DNA of 62,809 bases, the filler included, from Chrysochromulina tobinii (Eukaryota): the NCBI GenBank assembly GCA_001275005.1. It is 10 parts of 10 records of this genome, joined end to end, with 100 filler letters (N's around TTAATTAATTAA, not from the genome) between each part and the next. Parts side by side here need not be neighbours in the genome. Positions count along the whole stretch, not along the records: positions 1 to 18,011 come from JWZX01000358.1; positions 18,112 to 31,016 come from JWZX01000361.1; 8 more parts are not named here. One strand, 5' to 3'. The translations under genes and the position numbers were made by a program. Below, one piece after another: positions 12,045-21,561 of the stretch. The notes under the pieces are model-generated. The model searched no databases, was not told the origin of the DNA, and saw nothing but the letters and a program-made list of their open reading frames with translations. Every line of letters starts with the position of its first letter. Position 1 is the first letter of the stretch.

Positions 12045-12596
12045 ATGGAGCTCACGGCGATGGACGAGCGGATCGAGGCGATCCTGAGCGCCAAGCGTGC
12101 GGCCGCGGCTGCACACCTCAAGCAGATGAGAGACCACTTGGCGGCCCTCGGCGAGCAGGAGGCGCTCCGATGCACCGACGCGAGCCTACTGCGCTTCCTT
12201 GAGTCGGAGGTGACGTTGAAAGGCACGGAAGTGAAGGCTGTGCGCGTCCCGTCCGCCGCGAGGAACCTGCTCGCCACGCTCAAGTGGCGCAAGAGCTACG
12301 GCCTCGAGTCGCCAGGTCCGCCGCTGCGCACGACGCCGTGCTGCCCGGGCTGTGAAGAGAACGCGTACTCCCACTGCTTCTTCTCGATCGGCGTCGACAA
12401 GCGCGGCTGGGAGGTGTTTTACGCGTGCCCGGGCCGCTCGCACGGCAAGAACCCGGACGCCCTCGTCCGCCACAGCATCCTGAGCCTGGAGAGTGTCTTC
12501 GAAGGACCTTTTGAAGTGCATCCGCGGGATATGCCCAACACGGCGCGGGATATGCCTAATATGGATATGCCCAACACGGTGTCGACGACTGCCGGC

Positions 12597-12634
<38 letters not shown>

Positions 12635-14636
12635 GAGCACTGGCGGCCTCCTCGTAGCTGACGAGCGACCTCTGATGGCTCCTCTGGGAGGCGCCGAGGC
12701 GAGCCATGCGACGAGCGGTGCGCCCGACGACGAGCCGCTCACGGTGATGGCCAAGGTGCTGCTCACTCCTCGCCGACGGGAACGGCAGCAGCACGTGCTT
12801 GCTGCGAGCTCCGTCGAGGTGCGTCGGAGATTGCGTCGGAGATTGCGCCTGACTGATGGCGTCTGATTGCGATAGATGAACGCTCCAGGCAGCGAAGCGA
12901 GAGCAGTCTGATGACCTCTGTTGGCGTCTGGTGGCGCTCAGATGGCAGGTGCTGCCACGCCTCCCTGATGACCTCTGATGGCGTCTGATGACCTCTGATG
13001 GCGTCTGATGACCACTGATTGCCTCTGATGACCTCTGATGGCGTCTGATGACCTCTGATGGCGTCTGATGACCTCTGGTGGCGTCTGTTTTCGCTCGATG
13101 GCAGGTGCTGCCACGCCTCCTGCCGGCCACGATCTCCCCCGATCTCCTCCCGACGGTTTCGTCAGTTTCGTCAGACAAGGGGCGCGCGAGCAAGGGGCGC
13201 TCGATCACGTCAGTTTCGTCAGTTTCGTCAGTTTCGTCAGACAAGGGGCGCGCGAGCACGGACCGCTCGATCACGTCAGTTTCGTCAGTTTCGTCAGACA
13301 AGGGGCGCGCGAGCACGGGCGTTGCAGGCAGGGTCGGCGTGGGCGAGGGCGGCGGCAGAGGCACAAGCGACGACGACGCGAGTGAGCGGTGCCAGTTGTG
13401 CCTGCAGGCTGGCGTGGGCGGATTGGGCGCCGAGTTGGGCGCCGAAGGCTCTTCGCTACCTCCGTGGTGCCGCCCCTCGTCGTCGAAGCACATGGTGATT
13501 GCGTCTGATTGCGTCTAATTGCGTCTAATTGCCTCTGATTGCCTCACTCATCAGGTGCCGCCCCTCGTCGTCGAAGCACATGGTGATGCTTGTCGACTTG
13601 CATGGCTTCGGGATAGCGGACATGGACCCGAGGGTGGGGCTGAAGGCGATCCCGATCATCTTGTCGCACTATCCCGACCGCATCGCGCAGGTGTGTGAGT
13701 GCGTCTGAGTGCGTCTGAGTGCGTCTGAGTGCGTCTGAGAGCGTCTAATTGCGTCTGAGTGCGTCTGGTCTGATTGCCTCGACAGGTAGGCTCCTCGACG
13801 CTCCATGTTCACACCTCTGGTCCATGTTCACACCTCTGGTCCATGTTCACAGGTAGCGCTCCTCGACGCTCCATGGATCTTTAAGGGCATCTGGTCCATG
13901 TTCACGCCTCTCCTCGACGAGATCATGCAGATGAAGGTGATGGCTACTGATTGCCATTGATGATGACTGATGACATCGACGAGATCATGCAGATGAAGGT
14001 GCACACATGTGCTCCGGGGCGAGGACCCCCAGCAGCTCTGATGGCCGCTGATTGCCACTGACGATCACTGAGGGTCACTGATTGCCTCTTTCATCAGGTG
14101 CGCATGCTCCAGGGCGATCACTGATGACCTCTTGATTGCCTCTGATGACCTCTCGATTGCCTCTTTCATCAGGTGCGCATGCTCCGGGGCGACGACATGC
14201 AGCAGTACTTCACATCGTTTCTAACGGCCGAGCAAGTGGAGTTCATGCAAGCCGTGCTGACGATCAAGGCCGCGCCGCGAAAGGTGGTGGCCGCTGATTG
14301 CCTCTGATTGCCTCTGATTGCCTCTGATTGCCTCTGATTGCCTCCCTCATCAGCCGTGCTGACGATCAGGGCCGCGCCGCGAAAGGAAGCCTGCCCACTC
14401 TCGAACCATGACGAACCCCGACGAACCCCGACGAACCCTGACGAACCCTGACGAACCCTGACGAACCCTGACGAACCCTGACGAACTCTGAACCCGAACC
14501 CGAACAGGAAGCTTTCCCGCCCATCACCGCGTCAATCCGTCGGTCGCTCGGCCCCGCCGACAAGTTCTACCGCGATCATCTGGAGGCGATGGGGGGGCAG
14601 TTGGACGCCAAGATGCACCAATGCTGTGGGTGCTGA
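12045..14636 (+). CDS. CRAL-TRIO (Sec14-like) lipid-binding protein, multi-exon
   Basis: TDASLLRFL, LLATLKWRK, GVDKRG.EVFY. Spliced exons read MVMLVDLHGFGIADMDP..IILSHYPDRIAQ|VALLDAPWIFKGIWSMFTPLLDEIMQMK|VRML. The middle exons (12750-13150) are uncertain. Confidence 0.85.
13467..13554 (+). other. Intron whose first 33 nt exactly duplicate the next exon start
   Basis: gtgccgcccctcgtcgtcgaagcacatggtgat at 13467 and 13555, separated by (gcgtctRatt)n and ctcatcag. Confidence 0.9.
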
Positions 14637-14919
14637 CGTTCCCCTATGAACAGCGCACGTTTACCACGTTCGGAGGTCTCGCAGATCACTCACCCTCGTG
14701 AGAAGTCCGCCAAGGCCCAAGGGAACGCAATCCCGATCCCAGCAGAACGCAGAACGCAGATCACGCAGAGCCAATTGCTAATCTTGGGACAGACTCTGCT
14801 CAGATCTGAGATCAAATGATTCCACCGTTTTTGGAACCCTTAGCCGCGATCTATCTCGTTTGACCCGACCCGTCTCAAAATTTAAATCATATAAAATGAT
14901 ACACCATGATGATCACACT

Positions 14920-16090
14920 TCACAGCCTCACCAGCACGACAATGTTGCCTCGGATCTCGTGCCCCGCGTCGGTCCGGACCGCCAAGTCAAGTCAAGTCAA
15001 GTGCCCCGCGTCGGTCCGGACCGCATGCGGACCGCCGTCTCCTCCAAGCTGAAGAGAGTGAGCTCCGTGGAATGCTGCGCCACCAGATGAGGGGATCCTC
15101 ACGTGATCAGCTAATATGTGCAATCCCAACTCGTTTCACAGGAGGCAGCTCTCAAAGGAGAGGCGAGATCACACCGAGATGTACTCAGAGGTCCGTAGGG
15201 AGGGCAGGCACTCAGGAGAGGCGAGATCACACCGAGATGTACTCAGAGGTGATCTCCGCAGGGAGGGCAGGCAACAGAGAGAGGCAATCAGAGGTCATCA
15301 GAGAGGCGATCAGAGGTTCATCAGAGGGGCCATCGGTCTAGGCAATCCGACTCCTCGAAACACGCACCTGAGCCACGAGGTAGTGGACGTATTCCACGCA
15401 GTGTGCGACCCTCTCCGACGCCCTCTCGAGCCAGCCAGGCCCTTGCGGCGGCAAACCTCCGCGGACCTCGTCGAGGCGGCACGTCTCAGTTGAGAAGGCG
15501 AAGACGCCGCCCGAGGCCAAGGCGGCCACCGCGGCGGAGAAGAGCTCGGCGAGACCATGCAGATAGCAGATCACGTCGGCGGCGACGATCAGATCCGCAG
15601 AGCTCGCTTTCTGATCGCGTAGATACGCGACGCAGTCACCACAGGTGGGTACCGCATCGTACACGCCCTTGGACTCGGCGATCCTGATCATGCTGCTGCT
15701 GAGATCGCATCCGAACAAGTGGCCCGTGCAGTGCTTGCGGAGGAGCGCGCCGGCGAGACCCGTCCCGCACCCGAGATCCAAGCACGCGGTGGAGCTGAGC
15801 ACTCCGTCCGACGCACCCGTGGATGCGACGAATGCAAGCAGCGCCCTCTCGAGCTGTGCAGGCGTTTCATACTGCAACGAGCCGAGCAAAAGGGGCTCGA
15901 AGTCCGCCGCGTGCCGGTCGAAGAGGGCGGAGACGTGCTCTCGGTAATGGCCGTCGAGCAGCGCCTCCGCAGTCATCGTCGGCCCCTGGTCGTCACGCTG
16001 GTCCAGTGAGCCCCTGGCCAAGAGTTCGCGACAGAGCCGTCCCGGCTCGACGAGATCCACGGAACCGCTAGTCGGCGCCGCCGAGCGCAT
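14920..16090 (-). CDS. Class I SAM-dependent methyltransferase (resembles the MTase domain of TPR-methyltransferases), with 3' introns
   Basis: VSALFDRHAADFE..L..LQYETP, CLDLGCGTGLAG, GCDLSSSMIRIA, DLIVAADVICY, GGVFAFSTE, R.AH..YV. Intron about 15075-15367; 3' exon ends IRGNIVVLVRL*. Confidence 0.85.
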
Positions 16091-16131
16091 GCTGCCGCCC
16101 TGCGGCGCGAAGAAAGGCCGCCCTGCTGTCG

Positions 16132-17817
16132 GTGTCGCGAGCGCGAGAGGCGGTGCGCAACCTATCGAGCAAGAGCGCGCTGGCTGACGGCGAGCCGCCC
16201 ATGTACTTTGTGCATGCGACTAAAGCGGGCGAGGTGCCGCTCTTCGTCGAGAAGAGCAAATGGAACAAGTTGATCACGCGCTGCGAGCACTGCGCCGGCG
16301 ACGTGCAGGCGCTCGCGACCGCGCTGAAGCAGGCGCTGGGCACGGGCGGTACGATGGATGGCAGCGCCATCATCATCCAGGGCGATCAGCGCGAGGCCCT
16401 GACGGCGTGGCTCCTCAGCCGCGGGCTCGTTCGCGGGCTGCGCTCAGACAAGCTCTCGGAGAAGCACGAAAAGGGGGACGCGCCGGAGGAGGTGGCGGCG
16501 CCGGTGCTGCGCGAGCGCAAGAAGCCGCGCTGGACGACGGGCGACAAGGCGGCCGCCGCGGCGCGTGCGAGCAACGAGCAAAGCGACGGGGATGGCGCCG
16601 ACGAACCCGACGAACCCGACGAACCTGACGAACCCGACGACGGGGAGGGTGGCGCCGACAACGGTGCTCTCGAGGGCGGGGTCTCATCGCGGTTGCGCGA
16701 GGCCTCCTCTCGCCGCTCGCTCGCCGAGCTGCAAGACGACGACGTCGAGGCGCTCGTCTCGGTGGACAAACGATCGATCACCGACAAGAAGGGGTACAAG
16801 AAGTTCGTGCGTCTGATGAAGAGCTGGCCGTACTGGAGCTGTGAATATTCACAGCTACCCTGCCTCTGGCAACGCCACCAGGTGATGCCGCCGAGGGCCC
16901 CTGACGAAACCTCATGAGAGCCTCTGACGAAACCTCCTGATTGCCTCTGACGAAACCTCATGAGAGCCTCTGACGAAACCTCATGAGGCCGTTGACGAAA
17001 CCTCATGGAGCCTCTGACGAAACCTCCTCATTGCCTCTGACAAAACCGCATGAGAGCCTCTGACGAATCCTCATGAGAGCATCTGACGAAACCTCCTGCG
17101 CGCCGCTGACGAAACCTCCTGAGTGCCTCTGACGAAACCTCTGCTGAGATGCGCCTACAGGTGCGCACGGATGGCATTCGGGAGCTCTGCGCGTCCGAGG
17201 ACGACCTTCAGCGAGATCTGCGCATCCGAGGACGACCTTCAGCGAGACCGTTGAAGCCCAGGAGGCGCACGGAGGGATGTTCGACCTCGTGCTCGAGTGC
17301 GGCGGCGACGACTCCGTATTTCCAGGGTGCAGCCGCCGAGCTCTTAGAATCCGTCGCCGAACTCGACGCGGCCCACTCTCGTGGGGAGGGCAGCGTACGG
17401 AGCCCTTGGCAAGCCCAAGCCGTGCCGGCGCTCGCTGGCCGCGCCGGAGCCATACACTTGGCGAGCACATCCCATCCTTCCACCGTCGCCGACCATTCGC
17501 CCCCATGTGTCGCCGTGGAAACGGCCGCTGGTTCGAACGCGGCCGCACGCAAGGTGGGAAAGCGGCCGGTGCTAGTCCCCCTGGGGTCTGGCGGCATCGC
17601 GAGATGGGGCCAGTCGAACCCCATTTCCTTCCTTCGTATCCCCAAAGTCATTAAGTCAACCCTTTCATTAGAATCAATTGAACACGTTCCTTGGCGTAAA
17701 CTTGGTCACGTTGGTAGAGATTGGCGGTTCATCAATAACTACACAAATGGCAGCCTGGTGAGCGCGACATCCCAAGATCACCGATCTGGGCAGCCTGGCT
17801 ACCAATCCCGCATCTGA
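16132..17817 (+). CDS. SUI1/eIF1-like domain protein; intron about 16882-17160; first in-frame ATG at 16201
   Basis: KLITRCEHCAGDVQALATALKQALGTGGTMDGSAIIIQGDQREALTAWL matches SUI1. The intron is built of ctgacgaaacct repeats. The 3' end is uncertain. Confidence 0.65.
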
Positions 17818-18011
17818 CCACGACTCCCCCCTCCCCCCCTCTCCCCAATTGCATGCGACAAGGGGTTGAAGACCGAACAAACTGTCTCTCCACCTTCATT
17901 TCACGCGAGACGCTTTCCTGTCAATGGTGGCCGCCCCATCGACCCGTCCCGACGAGCCGCTCGACCCGCCCGCCGTGTGCTGCGGTCGCGAGTTCCGCGT
18001 GCGACGCGCAC

Positions 18012-18111
18012 NNNNNNNNNNNNNNNNNNNNNNNNNNNNNNNNNNNNNNNNNNNNTTAATTAATTAANNNNNNNNNNNNNNNNNNNNNNNNNNNNNNNNN
18101 NNNNNNNNNNN
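18012..18111. other. Artificial contig linker; others at 31017-31116, 32727-32826, 40696-40795, 42547-42646, 47687-47786, 56821-56920, 58505-58604, 60623-60722
   Basis: Identical N-TTAATTAATTAA-N spacers with stops in all six frames. Confidence 0.99.
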
Positions 18112-18520
18112 AGCGTGTGACGGATCTCGTCGGCGTCGGGCGGCAGGCGCAGCATGCTGATGCTGCCGCCGCTTGCGGCGGCCACGTGCACTGAGAGAAC
18201 GTTCAAATACTGCCCGTACTTGAGTGCGTGCTGCTGCTGCTCCTGCTGCCGCTCGGCCGCCGCCTCGAGAGCATCCAACGCGGCGGCCTCGTCGCTGAGA
18301 GCAGCAAGCACGCGCTCGCGCAGCGCGCGGATCTGCGACTGCCGCGGGCGCAGCTGGGCGGCGAGCAGCCGGTACCGCAGCGCGTCCGCGTCCGCGTCGT
18401 GCAGGCGACGACTCCAGAGCGAAGGCGCGAGTGCCGCCATTGCGACGCCCGCGACGACGCCATCGAAAGTTTGGTCTCCGTACCTAGTTGGAGGTGGTTT
18501 CATCCGCAATCTGGTCATAC
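18112..18520 (-). CDS. Partial hypothetical protein, truncated at the linker
   Basis: Open, GC3-rich frame (ALRYRLLAAQLRP...KYGQYLNVLSVHV). No recognised domain. Confidence 0.45.
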
Positions 18521-18653
18521 CCGCTCGGTGTGCGTCCAGTCTAGCAAGTTTGGTGCGCTCTCGTTGCGCGCGTCGCTTTTGAGCGCATCGCGCGCGCGCC
18601 CCGCAGAAGCGCGCGAGCGTGTGCTTGCAGTTCAGTAGTCGCTGCCTGGGCCG

Positions 18654-21308
18654 ATGGCGGAGGAGATGCTGGAATGTACCTTGCCCACTCTCTTGCGCAC
18701 TGCATGGGGCGTGCCCTTGAGCAGGTGCGAGGCCGGCGTCACGTATGGCTGCTTCGACGGTGGGCATCGAATGTGGGTCTCGAATGGCTGCCGTGGCAAC
18801 TTTCGCTGCAGTTCGAGTTCTGAATTCATTCGCTGCGATCCCAAGCTGCGAATCCACGGCAACCCCACGCTCAGTCATAACGTGACTGCACGCTTCAACT
18901 GCATGTGCTCCAAACAAGCCATCGCCTGGCCGCCCGTCGAGGAAACACTAAAGTCGATGCAGCGAGTCAAATGGCCCGAGGCTCTGCCACGCGTCAACGC
19001 GTGGCTTGGCGCCATCATCAGCGTCAGCGCTACAAATACGCGGTACAAGATGGTTGAGGCGGTCATCGTGGCATGCGGTTTCGTGCCAAAGCACGTGCCA
19101 GCCGCGAAACCGCAGCACTTTGCCAGTAGTGCGCAGATGCTGCTCGAGCTTTTTGGGAGAGCCCGGCAGCGGATGACCAAGATGAGCCCATTTGAAGTCG
19201 CGCTGCTCGTTTCCCATCGGCGTGCTCTGGAGATGATTGCGCATAGCGACAACGAGTGGGGTGCCGTATTTGAGGACGACGCGATCCTAAATCCAATGGT
19301 GGGCGCGTTGCGCGCGGGCCATCTGCTGCATACTGCTTTCTCTGCTGCGGGCGACCAAACCTTCATCTACCTCGGCGCCTGCAACCCGGATTGTGTGCCG
19401 GCCGAGCCGCTTACTGGCTTCCACGGACTTCCTCATGTGCTCTTGCATGCAGGCCGTTGCCGAGGCTACTGTACGCACGCGTACGCGCTGCCTCGCACCC
19501 TGGCTGCCACCTTCTTCGACGACGTATTTGGATGCCAGAACAGCTCGACGACATGCGGCGCTGAATGTGCACTCCGACCGTGCTACATGGATTGGGCGTT
19601 TCGCCGCCACTTCACTCGGGGCCCGACGGCGTGGCTGGTAGGTGGCGGGCTCCGCAGCCCATGGGCCAGCGACCATCGTGGCCTCTTCTTGCAGAATCGC
19701 TCGTCTGCGTTGCAAAACAACGTCTCCGGCACGAGCTTGAGAGGCATGTTCCGCTGGCAAGCGCGTTCGCTTGAGGCAGTCGCGGAGGAACGCTGCAACG
19801 ACCTGTTCGGCATGGGCAGCAATTCTTCGAAGATGGATAGCAAAAGTGCACGACGATTGCCGCTGCGGCAAGTGCTCGTGACGCCTAAGTGGTCTGGGCG
19901 CGTGGGCAACCTTTTGTTCGAATGGGCTGGGCTGCTGGGAGTCGCCGCACGGCTGCAAGCCTCCGTACCGACCTCTCCGGTGGCCCTGAACGTGCCTTCA
20001 ACTGACAAAGTGCCGGGCGTTTCATTATTCAAGCAGTTTCCCACCCTTTTAAAGACGGTGACCTTGTTCGAGATCTCCGAGGAGGACTCGGAGCGACGTT
20101 CGACCTTTTCCCGTAAGAAGGCTGGGCCGTTTGGAGTCTTCGGGACAACGTATGCAAAAGAGCTTCCCAATTTGCTGCGCAACTGCACAGCTTGCACTTT
20201 CACGATGCAGGAGAGCAAGTCGAACTCGTATGGTGAGGCAGACCTGCTCCGCCTCGAGACCTGGGTGGCCTCTCCCCCAATGCACTGTGAAGTCGGTCTC
20301 GTCGAGCTCGCCGGATACTTCCAAAGCTACAAATATTTTGAGGCCATCGCTGAACAGGTCATCCGTCCGTCACTCGCTGCGCATGCGCCTTCAACATGGA
20401 ATGCTGCGAGATCCATCCTCGACAAGGCTCGAGGAACAGGCGCCGAGAGTGCTCGTCGGCTGCTCATTGGAGTGCAGGTCCGACTGGGCGATAAGCTCAA
20501 AGGGGAGTACCGAAGCGTTTACGAGCCGGTGGCTTGGGAGTACTATTCCAAAGGAATGCGGCATATGGCCCAGGTCCTGCAAACCACGGTATCTCGTCAC
20601 CGTAACATTGCATTCATCGTCACCGCTGGAGGCAGTCAAAACGCCAACACTACAAGGGACATCGCCGAGGCCAAGCTGCACCTCGCGAGAGCGGGAGGTC
20701 GTCACCCAGTTTTTTTTACAGGCTCAACCGATCCGTACGTGGACCTGGCGGTCCTGCGGGCCTGCGACGGCTTGGTCATCGGCGCGAGCAGCTTGGGATG
20801 GTGGGCGGCGTACCTCTCTCATCTTCCTGCGGGGCGCGTCATTGTTCCGAGGGACATCTATCGGCCGAGCCATCGCCTGAGCGAACAGTTCAACGGTTCC
20901 GAATACTACCTTCCCGAATGGGTGCAGGTCGCCAACAACGGAAGCAGCGCTTTCACCACACACCTCACACAATCGGGCACAGATGTGATGATGGATTCGG
21001 TCAACAGTGCTTCAACGCCACGATTGCCCAAGCAAACACTGGGAAAGGGTCCTGCTGCGATGATGCAAAAGAACAGGAACATACCAACGCCAACGCCACG
21101 GTGGCCTAAGCAAATAGTGGAAAACGGGCCGGCAAGAATGAGATCGACTCGAGAGAGCGTTCGAAGAAAACCCAAGCTGATTCCTCAGGATGATAGCTGG
21201 TGGACCAGCTTCTGGCGCAGCATGGTCCTATCGCTCACAGCCACTGGTGTGAGTGCGGCTGCTATTGTGGCGTGGATGCTGACTACTCAACGCCTCAAGG
21301 GTGGGTAG
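18654..21308 (+). CDS. Multi-domain glycosyltransferase: DUF3011-like Cys domain, GT25-like domain, GT11-like fucosyltransferase domain, C-terminal TM helix
   Basis: MWVSNGCRGNFRC; LLVSHRRAL..WGAVFEDDA..YLG..CTHAY..MDW (GT25); GRVGNLLFEWA, GYFQSYKYF, IGVQVRLGD, DLAVLRACDGLVIGASSLGWWAAYL, YYLPEWV (GT11). Confidence 0.85.
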   Translation: MAEEMLECTLPTLLRTAWGVPLSRCEAGVTYGCFDGGHRMWVSNGCRGNFRCSSSSEFIRCDPKLRIHGNPTLSHNVTARFNCMCSKQAIAWPPVEETLKSMQRVKWPEALPRVNAWLGAIISVSATNTRYKMVEAVIVACGFVPKHVPAAKPQHFASSAQMLLELFGRARQRMTKMSPFEVALLVSHRRALEMIAHSDNEWGAVFEDDAILNPMVGALRAGHLLHTAFSAAGDQTFIYLGACNPDCVPAEPLTGFHGLPHVLLHAGRCRGYCTHAYALPRTLAATFFDDVFGCQNSSTTCGAECALRPCYMDWAFRRHFTRGPTAWLVGGGLRSPWASDHRGLFLQNRSSALQNNVSGTSLRGMFRWQARSLEAVAEERCNDLFGMGSNSSKMDSKSARRLPLRQVLVTPKWSGRVGNLLFEWAGLLGVAARLQASVPTSPVALNVPSTDKVPGVSLFKQFPTLLKTVTLFEISEEDSERRSTFSRKKAGPFGVFGTTYAKELPNLLRNCTACTFTMQESKSNSYGEADLLRLETWVASPPMHCEVGLVELAGYFQSYKYFEAIAEQVIRPSLAAHAPSTWNAARSILDKARGTGAESARRLLIGVQVRLGDKLKGEYRSVYEPVAWEYYSKGMRHMAQVLQTTVSRHRNIAFIVTAGGSQNANTTRDIAEAKLHLARAGGRHPVFFTGSTDPYVDLAVLRACDGLVIGASSLGWWAAYLSHLPAGRVIVPRDIYRPSHRLSEQFNGSEYYLPEWVQVANNGSSAFTTHLTQSGTDVMMDSVNSASTPRLPKQTLGKGPAAMMQKNRNIPTPTPRWPKQIVENGPARMRSTRESVRRKPKLIPQDDSWWTSFWRSMVLSLTATGVSAAAIVAWMLTTQRLKGG

Positions 21309-21561
21309 TAAATCGATCGCGTACGTATTCAAGGCCAGCTGTCTCCCGTCCAGATACGGTACAGCTCTACAGCTGAAGACAGCCAGGAGACGGACCGAAA
21401 ACTACAGGTCGGAAAAAGCACGGTTTCGATTAACAACACCGCAGCCCGGCCGTCAAACGGACAAATAGATATATGATGATAGTCATATCGGCGGTATAGA
21501 GTACGCGGATATTCTGTACTTCTACTACAGTGGTATCCCTTGATACGGAAGTCTCTAGACT

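Noticed and set aside
16900..17150. Hammerhead-like CTGACGA/GAAAC words (also CTGATGAG in the intron cassette)
   Set aside because: No stem II between CUGANGA and GAAA, and no stems I or III. Better explained as branch-point repeats.
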